Shown here in pieces: positions 38,691-49,522 of a stretch of 64,000 nucleotides of DNA. Every line of letters starts with the position of its first letter. Within the stretch, counting starts at the first letter, position 1. A model generated the notes under the pieces. It had not been told where the DNA came from, ran no database searches, and worked only from the letters and a program-made list of their open reading frames with translations. Source of the stretch: a virus; IMG/VR virus record IMGVR_UViG_3300032236_001645, positions 1 to 64,000 of that record; one strand, given 5' to 3'. A program made the position numbers and the translations under genes.

Positions 38691-39137
38691 TTATAGTTCA
38701 TATTGTAGATAAGATGTTTCCAATTCTTCAGATGATAAAATGTCAGTTAAGTCTGACAAAATACGCTTAAGTCTTGGACGAATATCTACAGTATATCTAA
38801 CCTTTGGATGGTAAAGATATGCTGGGAATATTCTTTGAATAAATACATCTTCTCCTAGCTTAATTTCCAATAAAAAGTGCTCTTTTTGCCCGTCATTTAA
38901 ATCTTCCACATTCTCAGAATTCAGGATATAGTTTTGATTTTCACATAGATAATTGGAACTTTTTATTTTCAAATCGTAAGAAATATCTTCACAAATATTT
39001 TTTACATAATAATGTAAATCCATAGAACGTCTTGCTTGATCTACATGATCTTTTACATTAAAAAATCTTTGACAGATGATGTTACCTTCTAAAGTTAAAA
39101 GGAATTCAAATTTGGTAATGTCTTGTTGATTACTCAT
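38691..39137 (-). CDS. hypothetical protein in the replication block
   Basis: ORF overlapping the exonuclease stop. Confidence 0.65.
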   Translation of the reverse strand: MSNQQDITKFEFLLTLEGNIICQRFFNVKDHVDQARRSMDLHYYVKNICEDISYDLKIKSSNYLCENQNYILNSENVEDLNDGQKEHFLLEIKLGEDVFIQRIFPAYLYHPKVRYTVDIRPRLKRILSDLTDILSSEELETSYLQYEL

Positions 39138-40164
39138 AGGTTTTAATTTTGATTATTTTTTTGTTATTGTTTTTATTATTTTTTTCTATTCTTGTTAACC
39201 GCATAAAAGGATTTAAAAAATTTATCCAAGCGTCTTCTGATTTTGGTAATATGTTGAATAACCCATCTTCCATCATCATTTTCATAGTGTTCTTATAAGA
39301 TCTACCTTCAGGATCTAATGGTTCGTTTATTAGAAGATTAATATTTTCTTTTACTTCATCAGTTAGGAATGGTTCTTCTAAACTAACGATACGACTGTTA
39401 ACCTCGAAGAACTCTTCACCGAATACACCAAATTTGGTGACTCCTGTAAGTAAATTGGCTAGTAACTTATTATGTTTATTCTGTTCAAATAAAACATTAC
39501 ATTTACCTTTGATTTGTTCAACAGAAAGATGTTCTGTTTTAAGTTCAGGAAAAAATGATAAAAATCTTTTTAATCCCATTCCTTTAATACCTGCGATGTT
39601 GTCGGAACTATCACCACATAACATCTTAACCAATTTCACATTTTCAATTAAGATTTCCTCGTGGTCATAAACAATCGTATCGTTTTGTTTATAAAGTTTT
39701 TGATGACTTGGATTATATACTTGCGTGTTTTCTGATAAAAGTTGCAATAAATCTCCATCTGATGAATAAATGATTTTATTTTCATTTGGTGAGTTTTGAA
39801 CATAATAAGCTATGTTATCATCTGTTTCACAAAACTCATATTCACCTTGTCTAACAAATAATTCTTCTAAATACTGTTTAACCCTATCTCTTTGATATGA
39901 ATAAGAATGTAAATCTTCTTCTGTACGTAATCTTGAACGTCGATTTTCCTTGTAGTGAACATAAATTTTTCGTCTATTTTGTGAACCGTTTTCACCGTCC
40001 CAAAAAACAACAATTTTTTCTAAATGATACGTCTCAAATGCTCTTCTAAGAATATTAAGGAAATGATAGATTCCTCCAATATGTGTCCCTTTATGAAAGG
40101 CGTTTTTAACACCATAGTAACCAATCGTAAGTAAATTATCTCCATCAACAAGTAAAACCGACAT
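39130..40164 (-). CDS. 5'-3' exonuclease / T4 RNase H-like flap endonuclease
   Basis: LLVDGDNL, FWDG, YKENR, ETDD, SSDGDLLQL, GDSSDNIAGIKGMG. Confidence 0.92.
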   Translation of the reverse strand: MSVLLVDGDNLLTIGYYGVKNAFHKGTHIGGIYHFLNILRRAFETYHLEKIVVFWDGENGSQNRRKIYVHYKENRRSRLRTEEDLHSYSYQRDRVKQYLEELFVRQGEYEFCETDDNIAYYVQNSPNENKIIYSSDGDLLQLLSENTQVYNPSHQKLYKQNDTIVYDHEEILIENVKLVKMLCGDSSDNIAGIKGMGLKRFLSFFPELKTEHLSVEQIKGKCNVLFEQNKHNKLLANLLTGVTKFGVFGEEFFEVNSRIVSLEEPFLTDEVKENINLLINEPLDPEGRSYKNTMKMMMEDGLFNILPKSEDAWINFLNPFMRLTRIEKNNKNNNKKIIKIKTYE

Positions 40165-40173
40165 TAAAAATTT

Positions 40174-41154
40174 TTATAGATCTGTGTCTTCTGTTACAAC
40201 TTCTAAATCTGTCGCGTCTGTAACATTAACGCCTAACATCTTACTGATGTAATCACCACATTCTTTTTTATAATCCTCAATAGATTTCTTCTCTTCAGAA
40301 TCTTCTCTACCTGGCATAAATCCGTGTGATGTAACCAAGATACGTCCATCTTCATATCCTAAACCATTGATATGGTTTTTCATGATAGAGATTTTTGTTC
40401 TTGTTGCTATTTTAACTTTTCTCTTATCTTTAGTGATGGAGATTTTTGTTGTTCCTGCTCCTTTTTGATTACCAAATAAGAATACAACACTTGAGTTTAA
40501 CCAAATTGCTTCCCCACCTTTTGCTTTAATCTTTGGTTGTCCAAAAGGATTGTCAGGTAATTCTACCCAAGGTTGGTTAACAATGATTAAAGTGTTTGTA
40601 TAAGGTTTATCTGTTCTTCTTGAACCTGAAATACGTTGGTTGATACCCATACCAATTTTGTCAGCTAAAACCGACGCATTGTGTTGTTTACCACCTTTAC
40701 CATCGTATGTCATTTTACATGGAACTGAACCTACAGAATCCCATAAGATTAATAAATCGTGAGGTAAATCTCCTTTCTCTTGTGCGTCCAATAATTCATT
40801 GATATAATCTGTGATTTGTTCTATGTATTCAAAATCACTATTGAAAAGATAATCTCCGTCTTTATTAAATCCCATTAATTCCGCATGTTCCCAACTCCAT
40901 TTTTGTTCTGTAATGATAAACACAGGGATAACTCCTTTCTTTTGTGCATCCACCGCCGATTTCACAAGGGCAGTTGTTTTACCCGTATCACTATGTCCCA
41001 ATAACATATTGATGTGCCCCATTGCAGGACCCGGAATACCACAAGCATCCAAGAAAGCGTCACCCAAATCAAAGAAACGATCTGGTTTATATTCTGCCTC
41101 TTTTGAGAACTTCTTTTTTATTGCTGAAAAATCAGTCTTTTTTATACCTGCCAT
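40174..41154 (-). CDS. RecA/UvsX-like recombinase
   Basis: GHSDTGKTT Walker A, WDSVG, IIVNQ, KGGEA. Confidence 0.88.
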   Translation of the reverse strand: MAGIKKTDFSAIKKKFSKEAEYKPDRFFDLGDAFLDACGIPGPAMGHINMLLGHSDTGKTTALVKSAVDAQKKGVIPVFIITEQKWSWEHAELMGFNKDGDYLFNSDFEYIEQITDYINELLDAQEKGDLPHDLLILWDSVGSVPCKMTYDGKGGKQHNASVLADKIGMGINQRISGSRRTDKPYTNTLIIVNQPWVELPDNPFGQPKIKAKGGEAIWLNSSVVFLFGNQKGAGTTKISITKDKRKVKIATRTKISIMKNHINGLGYEDGRILVTSHGFMPGREDSEEKKSIEDYKKECGDYISKMLGVNVTDATDLEVVTEDTDL

Positions 41155-41209
41155 AGAATTGTTTTTAAAAATGGGGTTTCTGACGTTATCTCCACCCCTC
41201 CATTAATAA

Positions 41210-42052
41210 TTAGAACGGTAAATCAGAATCTGCTTCATCGTCTTCTTGTGGGTCAACTACAGGGGTAGATGACTTTGGTGCTGCGATTGTTTCTTCACTT
41301 GTTGAAGATGATACATATTTTTTCTGTGCATCATCCCAACGTGGTGCCTCTCCTCTTGCAACTAAGTCAAGATAATCTTCACCTTTTTTAGAATAAACAT
41401 CTGACCATGTTAATTCGTCTTCCATCCATTTTTTAGCAACATCTGCATCTGCATGTAATGGACTTGGATCGTCGTTAAGAACTGAATTGATTACTGTGTA
41501 CTCTTTACCTGTTCCCGCTTTTGTTAAAGATAAAGAAAGGATTAAGTCACGTCCTGTTTCAGGATTGGTAACATCTCCTTTGTTACGGAAAATTGGAAAG
41601 ATTTTGTCAATAACACCATCACCTTTGTGATTATGTTTAAATCTCCAAAATTTAGGACCGTCAGCTTCGTGATCACGGTCAATCACTTTTACAATATAAA
41701 ATTTACGAGAACGATAGTTACGAGCTAATTCTTTATCAGAATCAACACCCGTCATCATTAATCCATCATAAACCTCATTTAATGGTGAACGTTTTCCTTC
41801 TTGTGCTGGGTCATATAATTTTACCCATTTACCATCCACTTGAACTTCGTGGAATTTTACTTCTACAAATGGTGATGAACCATCTTTTGTAGGTAAGATA
41901 CGAATACGTCTTTCTTCACCTTTACTACCTTTAGGTAATACAGTTGTAAAATAACGTTTCATTCTGTCTTCTGAAGACATTTTGTTGGAATTGCCACTTG
42001 TGGCGTTTTTGTTTTTTTCGTACTGAGCAAGTACTGCGTCAAATGTAGACAT
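41210..42052 (-). CDS. single-stranded DNA-binding protein (gp32-like)
   Basis: RIRILP...PF, DVTNPETGRDL, acidic tail ending DSDLPF. Confidence 0.8.
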   Translation of the reverse strand: MSTFDAVLAQYEKNKNATSGNSNKMSSEDRMKRYFTTVLPKGSKGEERRIRILPTKDGSSPFVEVKFHEVQVDGKWVKLYDPAQEGKRSPLNEVYDGLMMTGVDSDKELARNYRSRKFYIVKVIDRDHEADGPKFWRFKHNHKGDGVIDKIFPIFRNKGDVTNPETGRDLILSLSLTKAGTGKEYTVINSVLNDDPSPLHADADVAKKWMEDELTWSDVYSKKGEDYLDLVARGEAPRWDDAQKKYVSSSTSEETIAAPKSSTPVVDPQEDDEADSDLPF

Positions 42053-42092
42053 AATTTAAAATTTTTAATTAATCATTAATACTAAAATATAC

Positions 42093-42124
42093 AAAAAAAA
42101 AGCCGAATTGTGAAATCCGGCTTT
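42093..42124 (-). terminator. Rho-independent terminator
   Basis: AAAGCCGGATT-TCAC-AATTCGGCTTT followed by a T-run. Confidence 0.75.
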
Positions 42125-42145
42125 AACTATTTTTATTTATTTTTT

Positions 42146-42517
42146 TTACTCTAACGTAATCAAATATTTTAATTTGTTAAACAATCCTAACATCTCATCT
42201 CTTATGTTTAAGAGATTAGTATCAGTTTCTTCAAATTGATCAGTATACTGAATTAAAGCATCACAAACAGTATCAATCATTCCTTTTACATCTATATCAG
42301 ATAGATTAGAAAGTTTAATTGTTTTGTCTTTATCTTCTAATTCAAATCTACCGTATTTTCCCATTGCTTCTTCAACAAAAGAATCTACTAAATCATATAG
42401 TTCATCTAATGTTTCATCAAAAGCTTTATGTCTAGCATAACCAACAGTTTGCCAGTGCATAATTTTAATTTGAGATTGTAACCCCAAAAAGAAATTTATG
42501 TTAGAACTTATATTCAT
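42146..42517 (-). CDS. ferritin/Dps-like four-helix protein (DUF5856-like)
   Basis: HWQT...HKAFD...DSFVE and NIRDEMLG...KYL motifs. Confidence 0.7.
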   Translation of the reverse strand: MNISSNINFFLGLQSQIKIMHWQTVGYARHKAFDETLDELYDLVDSFVEEAMGKYGRFELEDKDKTIKLSNLSDIDVKGMIDTVCDALIQYTDQFEETDTNLLNIRDEMLGLFNKLKYLITLE

Positions 42518-43157
42518 CTACTTCCTCCTCTCCTTCTGGGTTAAATGTGTTCTTTATATCCACAGGATAGTTTTCAACTTCATCTTTAGTTAGTACATAT
42601 TCGTTCTTACCACTTTTTTGCATTTCACCCATTTTGTGATCAAAAAACTCTTGTGGTTTTTCGTTAAAAGGATATGAATCTAAAGATCTCATTTCTAATT
42701 TTTCAACAGGTGTTTCAGGTTTTAATTGTTCAATTCTTGTTCCTAATTGATCAATCTTAGCAACTAACTGATCCATTTCAGCTAATTTAGTTTCCAATTC
42801 ACCAAGTTTACTAAATACATCATCCATTTTACCAATTACAGCTGAATTATCTTGGGTATGATTTTCTAAATCTTTTTTTATACTTTTTGTCATATCCACT
42901 AAATCCGTAATATCAATTTCTTGTGTGTCTTCCCCACCTGGTGCCGCTCCGCCCATATCTGGTGCTGGTGGTGCATCAATTGGTGCTGCGTCAGTTGGAG
43001 GTGCTCCTGCTGGTGGAACATCAGGAGTTGCAGTTTCATCTCCTGCCGGTGGTGGAGGTGGAGGAGGAGGTGCCGCTTGTTCCATAATCATCGTTTTACC
43101 ATATTTGTTAATGGCTTTGTAACGATTTAATTCTTCTTGTAATTTTTGTTCTAACAT
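42501..43157 (-). CDS. acidic Pro-rich coiled-coil protein, possible head/scaffold-associated protein
   Basis: LQEELNRYK N-terminus, poly-Pro run, heptad region. Confidence 0.45.
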   Translation of the reverse strand: MLEQKLQEELNRYKAINKYGKTMIMEQAAPPPPPPPPAGDETATPDVPPAGAPPTDAAPIDAPPAPDMGGAAPGGEDTQEIDITDLVDMTKSIKKDLENHTQDNSAVIGKMDDVFSKLGELETKLAEMDQLVAKIDQLGTRIEQLKPETPVEKLEMRSLDSYPFNEKPQEFFDHKMGEMQKSGKNEYVLTKDEVENYPVDIKNTFNPEGEEEVDEYKF

Positions 43158-43160
43158 GGC

Positions 43161-43364
43161 TTAATCTTGTAATAGTTGTCTACCGTCATTTGTGACGTAT
43201 TTTTTATTAATTCTTTCTACAATTCCGTCTTTTTCTCTAATTGTGTAACATTCTCCTGTTACTAAATCACATTCTTCTCTTTCCATACCATCATTTGATA
43301 TATTTCTTACCTTTTTAGGGTTCAAAAATTTATCTACGGTATTTTTTAATTTAATCTGTTCCAT
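43161..43364 (-). CDS. small hypothetical protein (CDLVTGEC)
   Basis: ORF with upstream TATTTAT motif. Confidence 0.6.
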   Translation of the reverse strand: MEQIKLKNTVDKFLNPKKVRNISNDGMEREECDLVTGECYTIREKDGIVERINKKYVTNDGRQLLQD

Positions 43365-43404
43365 ATCGGTTTTTTATATAAATATCCCAAAAAAGTTATT
43401 ATTC

Positions 43405-46400
43405 CTATTTTAACATAAAATACACTACATCACCGTCTTTTAATCCTAAAGATAACATTAATGCTTTGGATAATCCCATACCATAACCAGGTATAACAGG
43501 CCCATAATTAATAGGTCCTTTAATATTGTCTTTAGTCATAGTTGATTCTGAAAAAGGTTCCACATCTACCATAACATTTGTTAATGGATTTTTAAATGTT
43601 GTTTTAGCAGAAATAATTTTATTTGCTGAAGCAACATCTAATTGGAAATGTGTTGAGTAAAAATAATTATCAGTATTACTACTAATTTCACCCCATGTCA
43701 TTGGTAATGGTGTTACTGTAAGTTTATTTAAACCCGAAGTATCCGATGGATTAAAATTGTGGACAGTTACATTGTTTAATAAACTCATAGTAATTGAGTC
43801 TTCAATTTTATATGTACCACCTCCCATCTCTGCAACAATTGCCCTATACCAAGTACCATTATTAACTAACTGTATATTTTCCTCATTGTTATATCCATTA
43901 TATGGTATACCAAATTGATCGACACCTGTTTTTAATGTTATTGATTCATTTGGAATATTTTTATTTGCTGGACCCATATCTACAGTTACTGAACCCGCAT
44001 CAGTTGTTATAACTTTACCATTACCCGTAACTTCACTACCTAATTTCTTTTTAGCTTGTGCCGATTGCATGATAGAATCAAATAAAATTCTATAACTTGT
44101 AAAGAAACTATCTTTAGGATCAGGTAACGCTCTATATGGTATCCTTGAACCTTTAAATGATGTTGTAATTCTATTTTCTCTAATTGAATGACTAACTTCT
44201 GTTATCCAATATGAACCTCTAAATAAAGGGACGTTTTTAAGATAAAAATACATAGTAGGTTGTATCATTACATTACCCATCATTGTAACTTCACAAGTAT
44301 AAGACGCTTGTCTATATATGTCAAATAATCCAATATCGACATTCATTGCACCTGCTCCACTTTCAGAACGCCCCATACCTTCATAAACACTAAATGATTC
44401 AGTTGTATTTCTAATTGATGTCTGATCTAATTGTACACTTTTAAAGATTCCTTGATCTTGATCTCCCACACTAACTTCAAATGAAACTACTTTGTTTGAT
44501 TTTGCTAAATCACCTGTGGCAAACACATCGGGTATTGTTACAAGTAACGGACTATTTTGTCCATTAAACAAATTACCACTATCATTTTTAAATTTATACT
44601 TTTCACTAATATCTGAAACCTCTAAATGATGTGAATTAGGACCAAGATATTGTAATATAATTTTAGGTGAAGCATCTTGATAGTCAACTTCTAAAAATGT
44701 TCCAAATATACTTTTAGCAACTTCTCTAGATGGTAATACTTTTGATTTACCAGAAAAATTTGTACCATAAAAGTTAACATATGCCGGTAATGCTCTCATA
44801 TCAAAATTAGTACCTGCAATTAACATAGAAATTGCGCTATACAAGTTTGATTTATCGTTTCTTGGATCTTCAAATTGTATTAACTTTTTTAAGTCAATGA
44901 AAACTTTATCACCAATATCTCTATTTGCTTTATCTAAAAATAAAAATTCTTCAATTAAATTCCTTTGTCCAATAGAATTACCCGATGTCCATTTATCGTT
45001 GAATGATTTAAAGAAACTATAAGTTTCAAGTTTTAATAATGGATCATTATAACCTGATGTTGGCGTAACCTTATCATTTGACACTCCTTTAGGTTGAAAC
45101 TCGGATGAATTAATCTTGAATATTAATTGATTTAAAAACTTAGATTGTCTATTTTGAGCTGGTAATAATACATTATCGTAAATATATTGTTGGAAAGCCG
45201 GTTTGGTGGTGAATTTATTATCTTTTAAACCTCCCGCAAATAAATAAACTAAAGATCTAAAATTTAATACATTCTCCTCTGTTACATTTATATTATTACT
45301 TTCAAAGAATTGTTGATACAATGATTCAATATCTTCTCCTATGTAAAGTTCAATATATTTTTTATTCGCCAAATAATTAGACGAAGTGAATTCATCATAT
45401 CGGAAATTATTTGTGGTATTAATCTGAGCAAATCCATCCCAAACATTTAGATTAATTTCTTTTGGGTTACCTAATGTAATTTTTATAACATTATCTGTAC
45501 TTAATAATTTAGATGTAATAGTTTTTAAATTTTCAGATTGTAAATTTTTTAAATCTGTGATAATGTTTTTAATTTCTGTTGATGTAACTTTAGTCTTATC
45601 AATTGTTACTATATCTTTTAATAAATCTTGGAAATTACTATATCTTACTTTATGTACCGTTCCATTAGTATCTGTATATGTTGGGAAAGATGAATATGGA
45701 AATTCAACATTTACTCTTTCTGTTGCAAAATCTAAGAAATATGATTCAAACTTATCTAAAATATTTGGATTAAATGTTGCAATTAAATCAATAACTTTTT
45801 TAAAACCTGAATCATTTAAAGTTGTAATATTATTTGTTAATCCTCTATTATATTCTTTATATGTATTGAATGTGTAACCTGTAAATGTATCTTTTACAAC
45901 TTCGTTTTGCCAAATAACTCTATAGTTTGATTGTTGTGTATTTTCAAATCTATTTGTTATGTTAAGGTAGTCTTCAAAATTTGCACCATCACATGGTAAT
46001 AATGTATAATAACTATCTTTTGCAACCATTTTAGAGTTATCAACAAAAGATGTGAAATATATGTTATTATCATAACCATTAATTCTATTTCTTGTATTAA
46101 TAACACCCGAATCAACTTGTGATTTATATGAGTTAGTTCCTCCTGTTATATCATAATGAGAATAACCATTAATAATTTGATGGAATACCGCGTCATAAAA
46201 TGGGTGTATACCTACATCACCTCCACTACCCGGTGTTGTTTCACCATATTTTACTGTGACACCGTTAGTTCCCATAGTAAATCCTGTATAAGTAGAACCA
46301 GTTAAATTATCATTAAAGAATAAATGATTATCAATAACACTACCTAAACCATTTTCAATAAATCCTAAACTATTTCCACCGACATTAGCTAAAATATCAA

Positions 46401-49209
46401 CACCTTCTAAAATGTATTTTTTATATCTATGATATATTGAACCCCATTTCAAAATTAGATGATACGGAACATATTGTGAACCTGACATTTCTCTAAACAA
46501 AGAAGACATTCTAACTGTTGTAGGATTTACAAATAATGAAGAATTTTCATTTAACGTCATGTTGTCTTGTAAATCATAAAATGGTAATGAATTTAATAAA
46601 AGATATGCTGAACCAACGTATTTTCCACTAATTTGTTCTTTATTAAAATCTAAAAATAATTGTTTATGGAAAAAAGGTGTGTTTAAAATATTAACTGATG
46701 AATCACCAAATTGTAAATTTTGTGAAAACATATTACTAACATAATCACTCTTAACCCACCCTTTAATATCATTAGGTGTCCTAATAAATCCTTCAGTTGT
46801 GTCAATTTGGAATGTATTAAGAAATGTTAAACTATTTTCAAAACTTGTTTCATTTATATAATTTAAATAAGTCAACGAATTGAATGGATATATATTTTTT
46901 CTCCAATTTTCAACTGTGTAATTTTTTAAATCGGCAGTGATACTTAAATATTGATTAGTAAAATCAACTTTTTTTGAATTACCATAATATTGAATTATAT
47001 CAAAAGGGAATTCATCCACATTTTTAATATAGTTTGTAGTTGGTATTTTATCATTATAATATGGATATTTCTCAAAAGGAGAAAATGCACTTAAATATTC
47101 AACTAATTTAGTTGTACCTGAAATTGATTTTATTAAATCAAATATATCATAATCCTCTTCAAAAGATTTTAATACATTGTAAAATTCAAAGTTAGCCAAA
47201 TCTTTCATTGAATTTTCTAAATTATCATATAACGAAACTTCAACGGATCTTTCATATATCTCATAAAAAATTGAAGAAATTGATTTATCTACATATGGTA
47301 ATGTTGGTGATAAATTTAAAATATTTGATATAGGTTTAATATCATTTTCAGATATGTCTTTACCAAAAATAAAACTAACGTTACCAACTCCACCTTCTTT
47401 TTCTGCCAAAGTATCTATTCTTTTTGTTGATACACCCACATAGTTCTCAACAAAATCAACTTCGGGCCATAATATCTTATCGTTACTGTTTAATTTATTT
47501 TGTAAATCAGGATCACCAGGATATGCTGCAATTTTTTTCTTATCTGAACCACTCAATTTAAGAACTTGAGGCCAAGGATATATCGCATCATTTTTTGGTG
47601 TTTCGTCAGTGAAACCTTGTAACAAACCTTTTCTAATTAAACCTTGATCAAAAGCTTGTTTATGAACGTCCTTTAATAATCTAACATAAGTTTCTGCGTT
47701 AGCTAAAACTACCGCAAAGATATTTTTTATTGTAGGTTCAAAACCAATACCGAATCCACCAGTTGATGCGTCAGATTTAATAATGGTGTTCATTTTTTCT
47801 TCCACAACTTTTTCTAATTTATCTCTTTCTGCCGCAAATGAACTTTCAATATTATAAATGTCAGTTAATAATGCCTTTTTGGAAACAACATAGTTTCCCC
47901 CTAATGTTGTGTAATATTTTTTAATTTCCTTAATACTATTAACAAAATTTAACGTTTGTTTCTTAAATGAAACATCTCTATCTCCTTTTATTACTTCTTC
48001 GGTGAATAATTGTAAAGATCTTAATTGTTTTGGGTATTCAGTGATTATTTGTTCTAAATTACCGGTGGTTTTATTTCCTTCAATGTTATCCAAAGAATCT
48101 TTCTTTTGTCCACTTAAATAATTGTATTCCACGCCATTTATTGTAACAACCTCATTACTTAAATAATGTGTACACCATGAAGTAACAGCATTTTCAAATG
48201 CTATAGTTTTTTCTTCAAATTCTTTAATACCATTAAAAACTTTAAAGTTTACAACTTCGTTAAATATTTTTCTTTCTAATAATTTGTCTAATGATTTAGC
48301 AATAGCGATAACCTCTCTTAATGTTTTAACAGGAAAATCTTTGGCAATAAAACCTTTCGCCTTATATTCATCATAGATTGTTTTTAGTACTGAATAACCT
48401 TTTGATGATTTTGAAATCTTTTTTTCATATATACCTGTTGACGTATTAAAACTTGTGTTTGCTTCAGATTCAATATAAAACATATAAGGTGCGTTTAAAA
48501 TACCATCTAAAGGGATGTCATTTAAATACGCATATGTAGATCCAACGAAGGCGGTTGTAATGTCAAAATTACCATTGCTTTCATTATACTTAGAACTAAA
48601 TTTTGTCATATGAAGACGATATCTAATCGCCTTACCGTAGTAACCTTTTACAGTTAAATAAAATATCGGCCAAGGTAAATGAAAAAACGCTGCATATGGT
48701 GAATTTTGTTGTCCTTCAAATAACGTCTTACCTCTTACATCTGTAAAATTAATTGAAATTGTAGGTATGTAATTTGTACCTTTAACAATAATATTAATAC
48801 TTTCAATACCAAAAGATTGTCCTGAAGCGTCAAATGAATTTTGACTAGTTAAATTAGGATTTATAGCCTTTAATGATGATTGTGCAAATGGATCTGTTGC
48901 GTTTGGTGTATATGTTTCAGTCCAAGATGTTGTATAATCTTTACCGTCATGATTTTGTAAAAAATTTAAAGTTCCTTTTGCAATTGAAACTAATTGTCCA
49001 GTATTTGATTGATTACCATCTGATGTTAAAATACTTCTTGGAACCAAATCAGCTTCCAAATTTACGTACATGACGAGGTTCTCTTGTTGTATGTTTCTTT
49101 GTTCAACAACAAGTCCGTTTTGAACACTATTAGGGTCGATAAATATTAAATTATTTTCATCAACCTTAACAAGTATATTTTCTGTTCCATTTAAATTATT
49201 GTTCGCCAT
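43405..49209 (-). CDS. giant baseplate hub protein (gp27/gpD-like ends)
   Basis: FGIESINI...ISINFTDVRG near the N-terminus; YTCEVTMMGNVMIQPTMYFYL...GSYWITEVSHSI...TTSFKG near the C-terminus. Confidence 0.7.
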   Translation of the reverse strand: MANNNLNGTENILVKVDENNLIFIDPNSVQNGLVVEQRNIQQENLVMYVNLEADLVPRSILTSDGNQSNTGQLVSIAKGTLNFLQNHDGKDYTTSWTETYTPNATDPFAQSSLKAINPNLTSQNSFDASGQSFGIESINIIVKGTNYIPTISINFTDVRGKTLFEGQQNSPYAAFFHLPWPIFYLTVKGYYGKAIRYRLHMTKFSSKYNESNGNFDITTAFVGSTYAYLNDIPLDGILNAPYMFYIESEANTSFNTSTGIYEKKISKSSKGYSVLKTIYDEYKAKGFIAKDFPVKTLREVIAIAKSLDKLLERKIFNEVVNFKVFNGIKEFEEKTIAFENAVTSWCTHYLSNEVVTINGVEYNYLSGQKKDSLDNIEGNKTTGNLEQIITEYPKQLRSLQLFTEEVIKGDRDVSFKKQTLNFVNSIKEIKKYYTTLGGNYVVSKKALLTDIYNIESSFAAERDKLEKVVEEKMNTIIKSDASTGGFGIGFEPTIKNIFAVVLANAETYVRLLKDVHKQAFDQGLIRKGLLQGFTDETPKNDAIYPWPQVLKLSGSDKKKIAAYPGDPDLQNKLNSNDKILWPEVDFVENYVGVSTKRIDTLAEKEGGVGNVSFIFGKDISENDIKPISNILNLSPTLPYVDKSISSIFYEIYERSVEVSLYDNLENSMKDLANFEFYNVLKSFEEDYDIFDLIKSISGTTKLVEYLSAFSPFEKYPYYNDKIPTTNYIKNVDEFPFDIIQYYGNSKKVDFTNQYLSITADLKNYTVENWRKNIYPFNSLTYLNYINETSFENSLTFLNTFQIDTTEGFIRTPNDIKGWVKSDYVSNMFSQNLQFGDSSVNILNTPFFHKQLFLDFNKEQISGKYVGSAYLLLNSLPFYDLQDNMTLNENSSLFVNPTTVRMSSLFREMSGSQYVPYHLILKWGSIYHRYKKYILEGVDILANVGGNSLGFIENGLGSVIDNHLFFNDNLTGSTYTGFTMGTNGVTVKYGETTPGSGGDVGIHPFYDAVFHQIINGYSHYDITGGTNSYKSQVDSGVINTRNRINGYDNNIYFTSFVDNSKMVAKDSYYTLLPCDGANFEDYLNITNRFENTQQSNYRVIWQNEVVKDTFTGYTFNTYKEYNRGLTNNITTLNDSGFKKVIDLIATFNPNILDKFESYFLDFATERVNVEFPYSSFPTYTDTNGTVHKVRYSNFQDLLKDIVTIDKTKVTSTEIKNIITDLKNLQSENLKTITSKLLSTDNVIKITLGNPKEINLNVWDGFAQINTTNNFRYDEFTSSNYLANKKYIELYIGEDIESLYQQFFESNNINVTEENVLNFRSLVYLFAGGLKDNKFTTKPAFQQYIYDNVLLPAQNRQSKFLNQLIFKINSSEFQPKGVSNDKVTPTSGYNDPLLKLETYSFFKSFNDKWTSGNSIGQRNLIEEFLFLDKANRDIGDKVFIDLKKLIQFEDPRNDKSNLYSAISMLIAGTNFDMRALPAYVNFYGTNFSGKSKVLPSREVAKSIFGTFLEVDYQDASPKIILQYLGPNSHHLEVSDISEKYKFKNDSGNLFNGQNSPLLVTIPDVFATGDLAKSNKVVSFEVSVGDQDQGIFKSVQLDQTSIRNTTESFSVYEGMGRSESGAGAMNVDIGLFDIYRQASYTCEVTMMGNVMIQPTMYFYLKNVPLFRGSYWITEVSHSIRENRITTSFKGSRIPYRALPDPKDSFFTSYRILFDSIMQSAQAKKKLGSEVTGNGKVITTDAGSVTVDMGPANKNIPNESITLKTGVDQFGIPYNGYNNEENIQLVNNGTWYRAIVAEMGGGTYKIEDSITMSLLNNVTVHNFNPSDTSGLNKLTVTPLPMTWGEISSNTDNYFYSTHFQLDVASANKIISAKTTFKNPLTNVMVDVEPFSESTMTKDNIKGPINYGPVIPGYGMGLSKALMLSLGLKDGDVVYFMLK

Positions 49210-49522
49210 AGTATAATGTATACAAGTCTACACCAGTTTTATAATCTTGTAAAGAGGTTATTAAAGGAAATGGTATCCTTAAATAGAAATTATCAGGTAT
49301 TGTAAATTCTATACTACCAGCTAAAGGGTTAGCTTGTAATATTAACCAACCAAATAATGGTGTATTATAATATTGTTGTGAAATAACGTCTAATCTATCT
49401 TTACCCTTCTTATATTGAATATATTTGTCAGTAGATTTAATAGGTATTTCAATGCCAGGGACTATTCTAAATTTTCCGTCAGTTAAAAAATATTGATATC
49501 TATCTAAGTACTCTCTACTCAT
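49196..49522 (-). CDS. LysM/gpX/gp53-like baseplate protein
   Basis: KGKDRLDVISQQYYNTPLFGWLILQANP...LRIP. Confidence 0.8.
   Translation of the reverse strand: MSREYLDRYQYFLTDGKFRIVPGIEIPIKSTDKYIQYKKGKDRLDVISQQYYNTPLFGWLILQANPLAGSIEFTIPDNFYLRIPFPLITSLQDYKTGVDLYTLYYGEQ

Noticed and set aside
35002-41154. Inteins or introns in RNR, DnaB or RecA
   Set aside because: Lengths are normal, motifs are contiguous, and no intein or homing endonuclease signatures were seen.
41165-41200. Terminator between SSB and RecA (GGGGT...ACCCC plus Ts)
   Set aside because: Only a 5-bp stem with a 16-nt loop; too weak to call.
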